Assembly (NCBI GenBank): GCA_041663025.1
Contig: JBAZRE010000002.1
Location: 27,703-91,702 of the forward strand
DNA from: Minisyncoccota bacterium
GTDB taxonomy: Bacteria > Patescibacteriota > Minisyncoccia > Phycocordibacterales > Phycocordibacteraceae
Reading direction: 5' to 3'
Length of the DNA stretch: 64,000 nt
Each line of letters starts with the position of its first letter. Position 1 is the first letter of the stretch. The translations under genes and the position numbers were made by a program. This document shows, piece after piece, positions 18,405 to 27,005 of this stretch. The notes under the pieces were generated by a model. The model made no database searches. It was not told where the DNA came from and saw nothing but the letters and a program-made list of their open reading frames with translations.

Positions 18405-21110
18405 ATGCCTCCCTTTAATAATTTCACTACCAAGGCCAAAGAAGCGGTGCGCCGCGCGCACGAACTTGCCATCGAGCGTGGTCAGAATCATGTTTCGCCG
18501 CTCCATCTGCTCGCTGCTCTCGTGCTTCAAGAAGAGTCACTTGTTTTCTCAATGCTTGATCGCATGGAAGTCGACACCGTCATGCTTGCCGATTCTGTGC
18601 TTGAGCACTTAGAGGCGCCAGAGAGTTCCTCGGTTCTCTCTCCTGCATATCAGATTTATCTCACGCCTGATCTCGCACAGGCACTTGAGGCATCGGGGAA
18701 GATTGCGGCGCGTATGAACGATACGTTTGTCGGTACTGAGCACCTTTTCCTCGCTGTTATAGAGCATCCAGGTGGTGCTGCAGATATCCTCACGCGCTTC
18801 TCGATCAATCAGAATGCAGCACTCGCTATACTTAAAGAGTTAAAGAATTCAAAAGACGGTCAGATTGCAGAACCGAAACAATTCCGCGCACTCTCTAAGT
18901 ACGCACGCAACCTCACCAAGCTCGCTGCCGACAATAAACTCGATCCAGTTATTGGTCGCGACAATGAAATCAACCGCGTTATTCAGATCCTCGCGCGCCG
19001 CACCAAGAACAACCCAGTGCTTATCGGCGAAGCAGGAGTCGGGAAGACAGCGATTGCTGAAGGTCTCTCGGCACGCATGGCGACTGGCGACGTCCCTGAA
19101 TCACTCAAGGGCAAGGAGCTTCTCTCGCTCGATCTCGGGCTCATGATCGCGGGCACTAAGTATCGCGGCGAATTCGAAGAACGTATGAAAAATGTGATGA
19201 AGGAGGTGGAGCGAGCAGAAGGGAAGGTGATCCTCTTCGTTGACGAGCTCCACACCCTCGTTGGAGCGGGTGGAGCCGAGGGTTCACTCGATGCGTCGAA
19301 TATGCTCAAGCCCGCTCTCTCTCGCGGTGAAATTCGCGTTATCGGCGCGACAACGTTGAAAGAGTATCAAAAATATATAGAAAAAGATGCGGCACTCACG
19401 CGTCGCTTTCAGTCAGTGTTTGTATCGGAACCGACGGTGGAGGACGGCATTGCCATATTGCGCGGTTTGCGCGACAAATATGAACTCTTCCACGGCGTGC
19501 GCATCACCGACGGTGCTATTGTTGCTGCAGTTGAGCTCTCGTCGCGCTATATCAGTGACCGATTTTTACCGGACAAAGCCATCGATCTTATTGATGAGGC
19601 CGCGAGTGGCTTGCGCATCGCGCTTGAAAACAAACCGCCTCTGCTCGAAGAGACTGATCGCAGGATTCGTCGTTTGGAGATCGAAAAGCAGGCGTTACAG
19701 AAAGATTTGGATGCAACTGCATCCGCCGGGAGCGGATCCGCCTCTGGCGGAAAAGAGATTAAGGAACGCATCAAGGATATCGATAAAGAAGTAGCCGACT
19801 TGAAGGAGAAGACAAGCGAACTTGAGTTGAAGTGGAAAAACGAGAAGGACATATTGACTGGTATTCGCGCTGCCAAGACTGAGCTCGAGTCGCTCAAGAT
19901 TCAAGCAGATAATGCTGAAGCTGCTGCTGATCTCGGTACCGTTGCGGAAATTCGCTATGGCAAGATACCGCATATTCAAAAAGATTTGGAAATGAAATTG
20001 AAGCGATTGAAAACGCTTCAAAAGTCGCGTCGTGTGTTAAACGAAGAAGTGGCTGAGCAGGATATCGCCTCGGTTGTCTCGCGTTGGACCGGTATCCCTG
20101 TCGTGCGCATGCTTGAAGAGGAAGCCGCAAAGCTTGGCCGCATGGAGGATTCTCTCAAAGCGAGCATCATCGGCCAGGATATCGCTGTTAAGAAGGTCAC
20201 CGATGCTGTGAAGCGCTCGCGCGTGGGCATAAGCGATCCTAATCGCCCGATTGGCTCATTCCTCTTCTTGGGGCCCACTGGAGTGGGGAAGACCGAGCTC
20301 TCCAAGAAGCTCGCGGAATTTATGTTTAATGACACCGATGCGCTCGTGCGTATCGACATGAGCGAATTTATGGAGAAGCACTCGGTCGCAAAGCTGATCG
20401 GCGCGCCGCCGGGCTATGTCGGCTATGAAGAATCTGGCACGCTGACCGAGCGTATCCGTCATCGTCCATATGCGGTGGTACTCTTTGATGAAATCGAGAA
20501 GGCACACCCAGAAGTATTCAATATCCTTTTGCAGGTATTAGACTCTGGCCATCTCACTGATGGTAAGGGGCGCAAAGTTAATTTCAAAAACACGATTATC
20601 GTGTTGACCTCTAATATTGGCGGAGAGTTCATCGATCGACTCGCGCATATCGGTTTCGGCACTGCCGGCGCGACTGAGGCGACACAATATGAAGAAACGA
20701 AAATACGCGTGATGGACGCGCTCAAGGAGCACTTCCGCCCAGAGTTCTTAAACCGTCTTGATGACATCATCATCTTTGATGTTCTGACCAAGGAAGCTCT
20801 TGCGAAGATTGTCGACACGCAGGTTGAAGAGGTGAAGAAGCGACTCGCACAGAAGCGTATCGCGCTGGTGATCGAGCCTCCGGTGCACCTCTGGCTCGCA
20901 GACAAAGGGTACAATCCGCAATATGGCGCGCGTCCGCTCCGCCGCACGATCCAAGACAAGATACTCACGCCGCTCGCGACACTCATGGTTGATCAGGGCG
21001 TGACAGAGGGCGGTACGGTGACGGTCTCTCTCAAGAATGGCGAACCGCATTTTGAGGTGAAGAAGAAACGCGCGCCTTCGGCGCGCGCAAAAGCGGACGC
21101 GATTGCGTAA
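18405..21110 (+). CDS. clpB: ATP-dependent chaperone ClpB
   Basis: Two AAA modules ([16 protein letters not shown]) and a long M-domain. Confidence 0.96.
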   Translation: MPPFNNFTTKAKEAVRRAHELAIERGQNHVSPLHLLAALVLQEESLVFSMLDRMEVDTVMLADSVLEHLEAPESSSVLSPAYQIYLTPDLAQALEASGKIAARMNDTFVGTEHLFLAVIEHPGGAADILTRFSINQNAALAILKELKNSKDGQIAEPKQFRALSKYARNLTKLAADNKLDPVIGRDNEINRVIQILARRTKNNPVLIGEAGVGKTAIAEGLSARMATGDVPESLKGKELLSLDLGLMIAGTKYRGEFEERMKNVMKEVERAEGKVILFVDELHTLVGAGGAEGSLDASNMLKPALSRGEIRVIGATTLKEYQKYIEKDAALTRRFQSVFVSEPTVEDGIAILRGLRDKYELFHGVRITDGAIVAAVELSSRYISDRFLPDKAIDLIDEAASGLRIALENKPPLLEETDRRIRRLEIEKQALQKDLDATASAGSGSASGGKEIKERIKDIDKEVADLKEKTSELELKWKNEKDILTGIRAAKTELESLKIQADNAEAAADLGTVAEIRYGKIPHIQKDLEMKLKRLKTLQKSRRVLNEEVAEQDIASVVSRWTGIPVVRMLEEEAAKLGRMEDSLKASIIGQDIAVKKVTDAVKRSRVGISDPNRPIGSFLFLGPTGVGKTELSKKLAEFMFNDTDALVRIDMSEFMEKHSVAKLIGAPPGYVGYEESGTLTERIRHRPYAVVLFDEIEKAHPEVFNILLQVLDSGHLTDGKGRKVNFKNTIIVLTSNIGGEFIDRLAHIGFGTAGATEATQYEETKIRVMDALKEHFRPEFLNRLDDIIIFDVLTKEALAKIVDTQVEEVKKRLAQKRIALVIEPPVHLWLADKGYNPQYGARPLRRTIQDKILTPLATLMVDQGVTEGGTVTVSLKNGEPHFEVKKKRAPSARAKADAIA

Positions 21111-21137
21111 AAGTCCCGTATCTGCTAGATTTCTCAT

Positions 21138-21308
21138 ATGTCACAAGAACGTCTTATCCGGATGCAATCATCCGCCTCAAAACATATATTGATTGTCCAC
21201 AAAAACAAGAAGAAAGTGGAGCGCAAAATTGCATTGAAAAAATATGACCCAATTGCTCGGAAACGTGTAGCTTATAAAGAAATCAAGTGGAAAGGCAAGG
21301 GAGGATGA
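21138..21308 (+). CDS. rpmG: 50S ribosomal protein L33 (Zn-free type), absent from the ORF track
   Basis: MSQERLIRMQSSASKHILIVHKNKKKVERKIALKKYDPIARKRVAYKEIKWKGKGG*. Confidence 0.92.
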   Translation: MSQERLIRMQSSASKHILIVHKNKKKVERKIALKKYDPIARKRVAYKEIKWKGKGG

Positions 21309-21310
21309 CA

Positions 21311-21348
21311 AATCAAAAACCGCCTCGTCAACGAGGCGGTTTTTGATT
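21311..21348. terminator. Bidirectional terminator
   Basis: aatcaaaaaccgcctcgt-ca-acgaggcggtttttgatt. Confidence 0.85.
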
Positions 21349-21424
21349 TGGCGGGCCCACCAGGACTCGAACCTGGAGTCGCTCGGTTTGGAGCCGAGAA
21401 TTTTAGCCTTTAAACTATGGACCC
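21349..21424 (-). tRNA. trnW: tRNA-Trp(CCA)
   Basis: Cloverleaf with CTCGG-CTCCAAA-CCGAG anticodon arm, GGTTCGAGTCC and encoded CCA. Confidence 0.95.
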
Positions 21425-21433
21425 TTTCTCAAC

Positions 21434-22096
21434 TCACTTTATCACATTTTCTAGGAAAGCTCTCGCTACGGCGCAGACCTTCCGAGAGACATAAACATCG
21501 TAGTACATAACATGTATACAACCCGGGTATCCTTCTTTGGTGTTTTTCCCCGTATGAGGTTTCCAATATGTTTGTCGGAATTGGCTCTGCGGAATTTCAG
21601 TTATCACTGACCAAAACCGTTTTTGCACATTCTCATTGTGGTATTCGTGAAGATGCATTCTCACTCGAAACTTTCGTTCGTCGAGTTCAAATGCGGTACG
21701 CATAAGTTTCAAGAACGCTTGGACAAGGACCGGATCAGAATTAGTAAAAGTGAACGTCTTATCATTAAGAGTTTTTGCTCCTTCGCACCAGTAGAGGAGT
21801 GAGCAAGTCACGAGGGCTGTGTATTTATCGAAATTCATTTTCTCGATAATGTCTATGGATTCATTTCGAATACGAAGTAGATTTTGCTGCGTTTTTGCCA
21901 TCTTTGATTTTCTGGCTGCTTTTTGCCCCGCGGTCTGTAGGGAAGCGATTCTCTCTTGTGCCTTAGGAGGCAGATCAAGATCTTTTACCCAGAGCGAAAC
22001 GGAACTTTTGGCAACCCCAAGTCTCGCAACTATCTCGTTGAACGTCTTGCCTTGTCGGCGAAGTCGAATCGCCTGTTCCTTTTCTTTCAATTTCAT
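21434..22096 (-). CDS. HTH + LAGLIDADG-like domain protein adjacent to tRNA
   Basis: N-terminal HTH (LRRQGKTFNEIVARLGVAKSSVSLW). LYWCEG...FTNSD pattern of the LAGLIDADG fold. Confidence 0.7.
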   Translation of the reverse strand: MKLKEKEQAIRLRRQGKTFNEIVARLGVAKSSVSLWVKDLDLPPKAQERIASLQTAGQKAARKSKMAKTQQNLLRIRNESIDIIEKMNFDKYTALVTCSLLYWCEGAKTLNDKTFTFTNSDPVLVQAFLKLMRTAFELDERKFRVRMHLHEYHNENVQKRFWSVITEIPQSQFRQTYWKPHTGKNTKEGYPGCIHVMYYDVYVSRKVCAVARAFLENVIK

Positions 22097-22185
22097 GTAC
22101 TCATTTTAACATGCACAAGACCGTCTCTTTGATATGTGTGGGGAAAGCCGCCCCAAGCTGCAGCGAGGGGCGGTATGATGTAGAT

Positions 22186-23301
22186 ATGCGTTCTCGCGCT
22201 CCTTTATTCGCATTCCTGTTGGTAGTGGTTTCTTTTGCATTGCCGCTCGCCGCGCATGCGGCGATACCGTTTTTTGGGCCGATTATCCCTCCACAAAGCG
22301 TAACTGGTGTAGCTGGTTCAGATGTTTGTGCTGCTGGGTGGGGGATGATCATTATTGTCATAAATAACATCATCAGCTTCCTCATCACGATTGCGATTGT
22401 ATTCGTCGCGCCGCTCACCATCGCCTACGCCGGTTTTCTCTATGTTGTGAATCCGATGAATCCGAGCGGCATTACGAAAGCGAAAGGTATTTTATGGAAT
22501 ACCGTCATCGGCATTGTTGTCGCCCTTGCCGGCTGGATGATTGTGGATGCTGTGATGGCAGTGCTTTATAACTCAACGGCTCCTGTTTCTGATGGCAGCA
22601 CTCTCGAAACATGGTCAAACATAATAAATTGGAATGGTAATCCATGTTTGATTCAAGCAGGGTCAATGAAGGATTTAAAGCAGGCGGTGCCTACAGCCGG
22701 TGTTACCGTGGTCACGCCACAAACTGGCACGACTATTTCGACAGTTGGTCCGAGCGGGCAATCAGTCACCGTTTCATTTGCGCCGACGCAATCTAATGCG
22801 AGTCTCCAAGCTGGTTATACCGCAGCGAGTGCGTATAGTGCACAGATAGCAAGCGCGTGCAGTGCGAGCACCATTCCAAACTGTACAACAGTCATCACTG
22901 CGCTCATCGCGGCGGAATCAGGAGGAAAGCCGACCACAGGATGTAATTCATCGGGATCGTGCGGCATCATGCAACTCACACAAGCGAATGGAGGAACGAG
23001 TTGCGCATCAACCAACACTGTGTGTATCAGTACGCAAATAACCAAAGGGGTCCAACTCTTTCAGAAGGGATACAATAAATTCCCGAATATCCCGAACGCA
23101 CTTGCAGCGTACAATAGTGGTGGCACTACGCAGGCAAGGCAGAGCGCAAGCGGATTGAACTCCGCCATGGTATCTAGCGTAAATTGCCAAGGCTATTACG
23201 CATGGCAATGCCCGATTAATCCAGGCGGTCTCGTAGAGACGCAAAACTATGTCGCAAATATTTGCAAAAACATTGCCTCGCACGGAGGTACGTGCAACTA
23301 G
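22186..23301 (+). CDS. Pilin-like (TrbC/VirB2-type) N-terminus fused to an SLT lytic transglycosylase
   Basis: Pilin-type helices '...AK..LWN.VIG'. AESGG, GIMQ, LAAYN and ETQNYV motifs. Confidence 0.8.
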   Translation: MRSRAPLFAFLLVVVSFALPLAAHAAIPFFGPIIPPQSVTGVAGSDVCAAGWGMIIIVINNIISFLITIAIVFVAPLTIAYAGFLYVVNPMNPSGITKAKGILWNTVIGIVVALAGWMIVDAVMAVLYNSTAPVSDGSTLETWSNIINWNGNPCLIQAGSMKDLKQAVPTAGVTVVTPQTGTTISTVGPSGQSVTVSFAPTQSNASLQAGYTAASAYSAQIASACSASTIPNCTTVITALIAAESGGKPTTGCNSSGSCGIMQLTQANGGTSCASTNTVCISTQITKGVQLFQKGYNKFPNIPNALAAYNSGGTTQARQSASGLNSAMVSSVNCQGYYAWQCPINPGGLVETQNYVANICKNIASHGGTCN

Positions 23302-24194
23302 TTTTCGTCGAGGAGCTTACGAAGCCACGCTTTTTGACGACGGGCATACTGCCAGAGTTTGGCGGAGAGTGTTTCGATAAGCAACTTAGGGGTCGGACCC
23401 CCAAGTGAGAGATCGGCTCCTGAGTTGAGAAATTCGCCAACGATTTTGTATTCAAGACCTAGTTCGTTGAGGCGAGTGTCGCCGACTTGCTCGCGCACAC
23501 GCCGGACTTCATCAATGAGTCCGCGCTCGAGTGCGTTCACGAGGCGTGCGTCAATCCGCGCGCGCAATTCTTCTTTCGGTAGGTCAATCACGATCCAATC
23601 TACAGACAACAAGGGTGCCCCTTGCAGCAAGGGGCACCCTTGTTTTGAATCGCGCGCGGGGACTGAGCCGAGAGAGTTGATGATCTCAAGAGCGCGGATA
23701 AGACGGCGGCGATTCTGCGGATCGAGCTCGGCGGCGCGGCGCGGATCCTGTTCTCTAATTCGCGCGAATAGTTCTTCAGTTGGGAGCTTTTCAAGTTCAT
23801 CACGCAATGCGGGATTTGCATCAGTGCCCATCGGGAGGCCGTGCAGAAGCGCGTCAAAGTAGAAGTGTGTTCCGCCCGCCAAAATGGGTAGTCTTCCACG
23901 TGCTGAAATATCTTTTATGAGCTTCGTGGCGTCCTCAACAAATTCTCCAGCGGAATACCTTTGGGCGGGCTCGCGAATATCAATCAGATGATGCGGTACT
24001 CCACGCATCTCTTCTTTGGTAATTTTCTCCGTGCCGATGTCTAAGCCGCGATATACTTGTCGCGAGTCAACCGAAATGATCTCTCCGTTTTGCTTCAAAG
24101 CTTCTTCGACCGCGCGCGCAGATTTACCCGAGGCAGTCGGCCCCGCGATGCATAAAATCTTTATTGGATGTGATAGTGACATTTTTGAATCCAT
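23298..24194 (-). CDS. miaA: tRNA dimethylallyltransferase
   Basis: GPTASGKS, DSRQVY, PHHLID, YARRQ. Start lies downstream of tRNA-Leu (24194 or 24182). Confidence 0.95.
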   Translation of the reverse strand: MDSKMSLSHPIKILCIAGPTASGKSARAVEEALKQNGEIISVDSRQVYRGLDIGTEKITKEEMRGVPHHLIDIREPAQRYSAGEFVEDATKLIKDISARGRLPILAGGTHFYFDALLHGLPMGTDANPALRDELEKLPTEELFARIREQDPRRAAELDPQNRRRLIRALEIINSLGSVPARDSKQGCPLLQGAPLLSVDWIVIDLPKEELRARIDARLVNALERGLIDEVRRVREQVGDTRLNELGLEYKIVGEFLNSGADLSLGGPTPKLLIETLSAKLWQYARRQKAWLRKLLDEN

Positions 24195-24215
24195 CGCGCC
24201 CCAGCACGAAAACGC

Positions 24216-24300
24216 TGGTGCTGAAGGTGGGAATCGAACCCACAACCCTTGCGGGACACGATTTTGAGTCGTGCGCGTATACCAATTCCGCCACTTCAGC
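24216..24300 (-). tRNA. trnL: tRNA-Leu(CAA)
   Basis: GCTGAAGTGGCGGAATTGG...CACGA-CTCAAAA-TCGTG, long variable arm, ends ACCA. Confidence 0.95.
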
Positions 24301-24415
24301 GTTTTCATGCGGGGCACGTCTACCAATTTTTACCCCGTACCAAATGTCTTCATTTGGTGTGGGGCCGCCATCCCTACATGTGGATTGTAGGATACCATAT
24401 GTTAAAATTATTTAT

Positions 24416-25396
24416 ATGCATGAGGATACTGGTTACGTGCCGACCAAATATGACTCAGTTTTTTGGATTGATCTCGACCGCATTCAACCCAACCCTTATC
24501 AGCCGCGGCGAGATTTCAGCGAAGAAGGCCTCAGATCGCTCGCTGAGAGTATTCGCCAATATGGGGTGCTGCAGCCGCTCGTCGTGAGCCGCACTGACGT
24601 CGAGAAGCCCGAGGGCGGTCTCGAGAGTCTCTATGAGCTTATTGCAGGTGAGCGCCGTCTACGCGCCTCGAAGCTCGCCGGTCTCAGACAGGTGCCCGTG
24701 GTAATCCGCCATGGCGATACGAATCTCACCAAGCTTGAGCTCGCCATTATTGAGAACTTGCAGAGAGAAGATCTCAACGCGATTGATCGTGCGAAGGCTC
24801 TCAAGAAGCTCATTGATGAATTTGGTATCTCGCACGCCGAGACTGCGGCAAAGATCGGCAAGAGTCGTGAATATGTCTCAAACTCACTCCGCCTTCTTTC
24901 GTTGCCAGAGCACATGCAGAGCGCCATCGTGGGGAAGGAGATCAGCGAGGGACATGCGCGGGCGCTTCTTGGGCTTCATGATCGCCCTGAAGAGCTTGAG
25001 ACTACATTTAAGGAAATAATATTGAAGCGTTTACCGGTTCGTGCCGTTGAGCGTATTGTGCGCTCTATCGCGCAAGAGCGCGTTCGCAAGCACCATCGCA
25101 AGACGCCTGAGATGATTGAGCTCGAGAAATCACTTACCGAAACCTTAGGCACGCGCGTTATTATTGAAACGAATGCGGAAGGCGGCCGATTGCTTATCGA
25201 CTTCTTCTCGCCTGACGATCTCTCAGCTCTTGTGGCATCGATTGCGGCGAGCTCGGCCTCGTCATCAACAGCTGAATTGTCTTCGACAGAAGCAGGAGAA
25301 TTCCCCAACACTTCTCAAATTGATCTTATTGCTCCTGCGGCGCCTGAAGAGGCAGATGATGATGAACTATATTCCGTGACTAATTTTTCGGTTTAA
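24416..25396 (+). CDS. parB: ParB/Spo0J partition protein
   Basis: PNPYQPRR, GERRLRA, ENLQREDL, HTH. Start reassigned to MHEDT. Confidence 0.94.
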   Translation: MHEDTGYVPTKYDSVFWIDLDRIQPNPYQPRRDFSEEGLRSLAESIRQYGVLQPLVVSRTDVEKPEGGLESLYELIAGERRLRASKLAGLRQVPVVIRHGDTNLTKLELAIIENLQREDLNAIDRAKALKKLIDEFGISHAETAAKIGKSREYVSNSLRLLSLPEHMQSAIVGKEISEGHARALLGLHDRPEELETTFKEIILKRLPVRAVERIVRSIAQERVRKHHRKTPEMIELEKSLTETLGTRVIIETNAEGGRLLIDFFSPDDLSALVASIAASSASSSTAELSSTEAGEFPNTSQIDLIAPAAPEEADDDELYSVTNFSV

Positions 25397-26971
25397 AATA
25401 AATTTTCTTTTTCGACGAGCAGGCTTAGCCGGCTCGGTCATGCCAAGCGCATTTCGAATATGTCGGCGTGCGAGTGAGGTGCGTGCGATCTCAAGCCACT
25501 TGGATGATGGGTGTGCAGAATCGCGTCTGATGATCTCGACAACCGCACCATTATCAAGCTTCGTGTCGAATGAGACGAGCTTCTCATTCACCTTCGCCCC
25601 TTGGAGATGGTTCCCAAGATCGCTATGTATCGCGTAGGCGAAGTCAATCGGTGTTGATTCTGCGGGGAGGTCAATCACATCGCCATTCGGGGTAAATACG
25701 AATACACGATGGGAGAAGAAATCCTCCTTTAATCCCTCAACAAACTCTTCAGATCCCGCAACGTCACTATGAGCTTCAGCGAGCTCTGCGAGCCATGGCG
25801 GGACCTTCACTGCGCCGGTAACTTCACTCCTCTTTTCTGACACCTTCATTAGTGAAGGGATAAGCGAGCGAACCCATGGGAATGAGAGGGAAGAAAACAT
25901 ATTTTTCTGAACCACTTTATCGAGCTTCTCGACTCTTTTACCGAGCTGTTTGTAGGACATGTGCGAAGCAATACCGAACGATGCACGTCGATGCATCTCC
26001 TCGGTGCGAATCTGAATCTCGACAATACCTGCTTCAGGCGTCACGACGGTCGTATGGAGTGATTGATAGCCGTTCGGCTTCGGGAAGGCTATATAATCTT
26101 TAAATTCGCCCGGCAATGGTTTATAGAGTGCATGCACAATCCCGAGCGTCGCATAACAATCTTCAATCTTCGGTACGACAATGCGCAGAGCGGCAATATC
26201 GTGGATGAGACTAATGTCGTCATGTTTTCTTTTAAGTTTTTCATGTAGACTCCACAAGCCCTTCATACGAATATCGGTACGAAATATAGTTAGACCCTTT
26301 TTAGCCAATTCTTTTTTAAGTTCCTTTTGCACATCTGCAAGGCCGACCTCAGTCTCCTGCGTTTTCAACTTACGAACTTCTGCAGCATGCGATGCTGCGT
26401 CAGGATCTACATAAGGGAAGGCGAGATCCTCAAGGAGACTTTTCATTTTCCCCATCCCGAGACGATCGGCAATTGGGGCATAGATCTCAAGTGTCTCAAG
26501 CGCGATACGTCGACGCTTTGACTCAGGCACGTGCTGAAGTGTCTGCATGTTGTGTTTGCGATCGGCGAGCTTCACGATTAAAACTCGAATATCGCTTGCC
26601 GTTGCGACCAGTAAACGTCTGAGCGATTCGGCATGGCGTTCAGCGCCGCGATATTTATGTCTGCCAAGTTTAGTGACGCCATCGACTATGAACGATACTT
26701 CTTTGCCGAATTCTTTTTCAATCTCTTTCTGCTCGATGCAGCCATCTTCAACAGCATCGTGGAGAAGCCCTGCGGCGATTGTCGTCGCGTCCATGTCATA
26801 TTCCGCAAGTATCTTTGCGGTCGCTGCGGGGTGGATAAAATAGGGTTCGCCCGAATGGCGTTCGCGGCCCTCATGCGCCTTCTTCGACACCTCGTATGCC
26901 TTCTCGATAAGGGCGACATCCTCAGCTGATGGATTAGACATCTCGCCAATAATCTCCTTGACGGTGGTCAT
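25367..26971 (-). CDS. rel: RelA/SpoT (p)ppGpp synthetase/hydrolase (HD-SYNTH-TGS)
   Basis: SGEPY..HP, LLHD..ED, YQSLHT, EIQIRT, TGS. Confidence 0.95.
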   Translation of the reverse strand: MTTVKEIIGEMSNPSAEDVALIEKAYEVSKKAHEGRERHSGEPYFIHPAATAKILAEYDMDATTIAAGLLHDAVEDGCIEQKEIEKEFGKEVSFIVDGVTKLGRHKYRGAERHAESLRRLLVATASDIRVLIVKLADRKHNMQTLQHVPESKRRRIALETLEIYAPIADRLGMGKMKSLLEDLAFPYVDPDAASHAAEVRKLKTQETEVGLADVQKELKKELAKKGLTIFRTDIRMKGLWSLHEKLKRKHDDISLIHDIAALRIVVPKIEDCYATLGIVHALYKPLPGEFKDYIAFPKPNGYQSLHTTVVTPEAGIVEIQIRTEEMHRRASFGIASHMSYKQLGKRVEKLDKVVQKNMFSSLSFPWVRSLIPSLMKVSEKRSEVTGAVKVPPWLAELAEAHSDVAGSEEFVEGLKEDFFSHRVFVFTPNGDVIDLPAESTPIDFAYAIHSDLGNHLQGAKVNEKLVSFDTKLDNGAVVEIIRRDSAHPSSKWLEIARTSLARRHIRNALGMTEPAKPARRKRKFILNRKISHGI

Positions 26972-27005
26972 GAGGAGTACTATACACCCATGTCTTGTGT
27001 CTTGC

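Noticed and set aside
24164-24415. N-terminal extensions of the parB and miaA ORFs in the track
   Set aside because: They run through tRNA-Leu. Real starts are ~24416 (parB) and ~24194/24182 (miaA).
24300-25400. parS site or parA near parB
   Set aside because: No TGTTTCACGTGAAACA-like palindrome and no ParA ORF were seen by eye.
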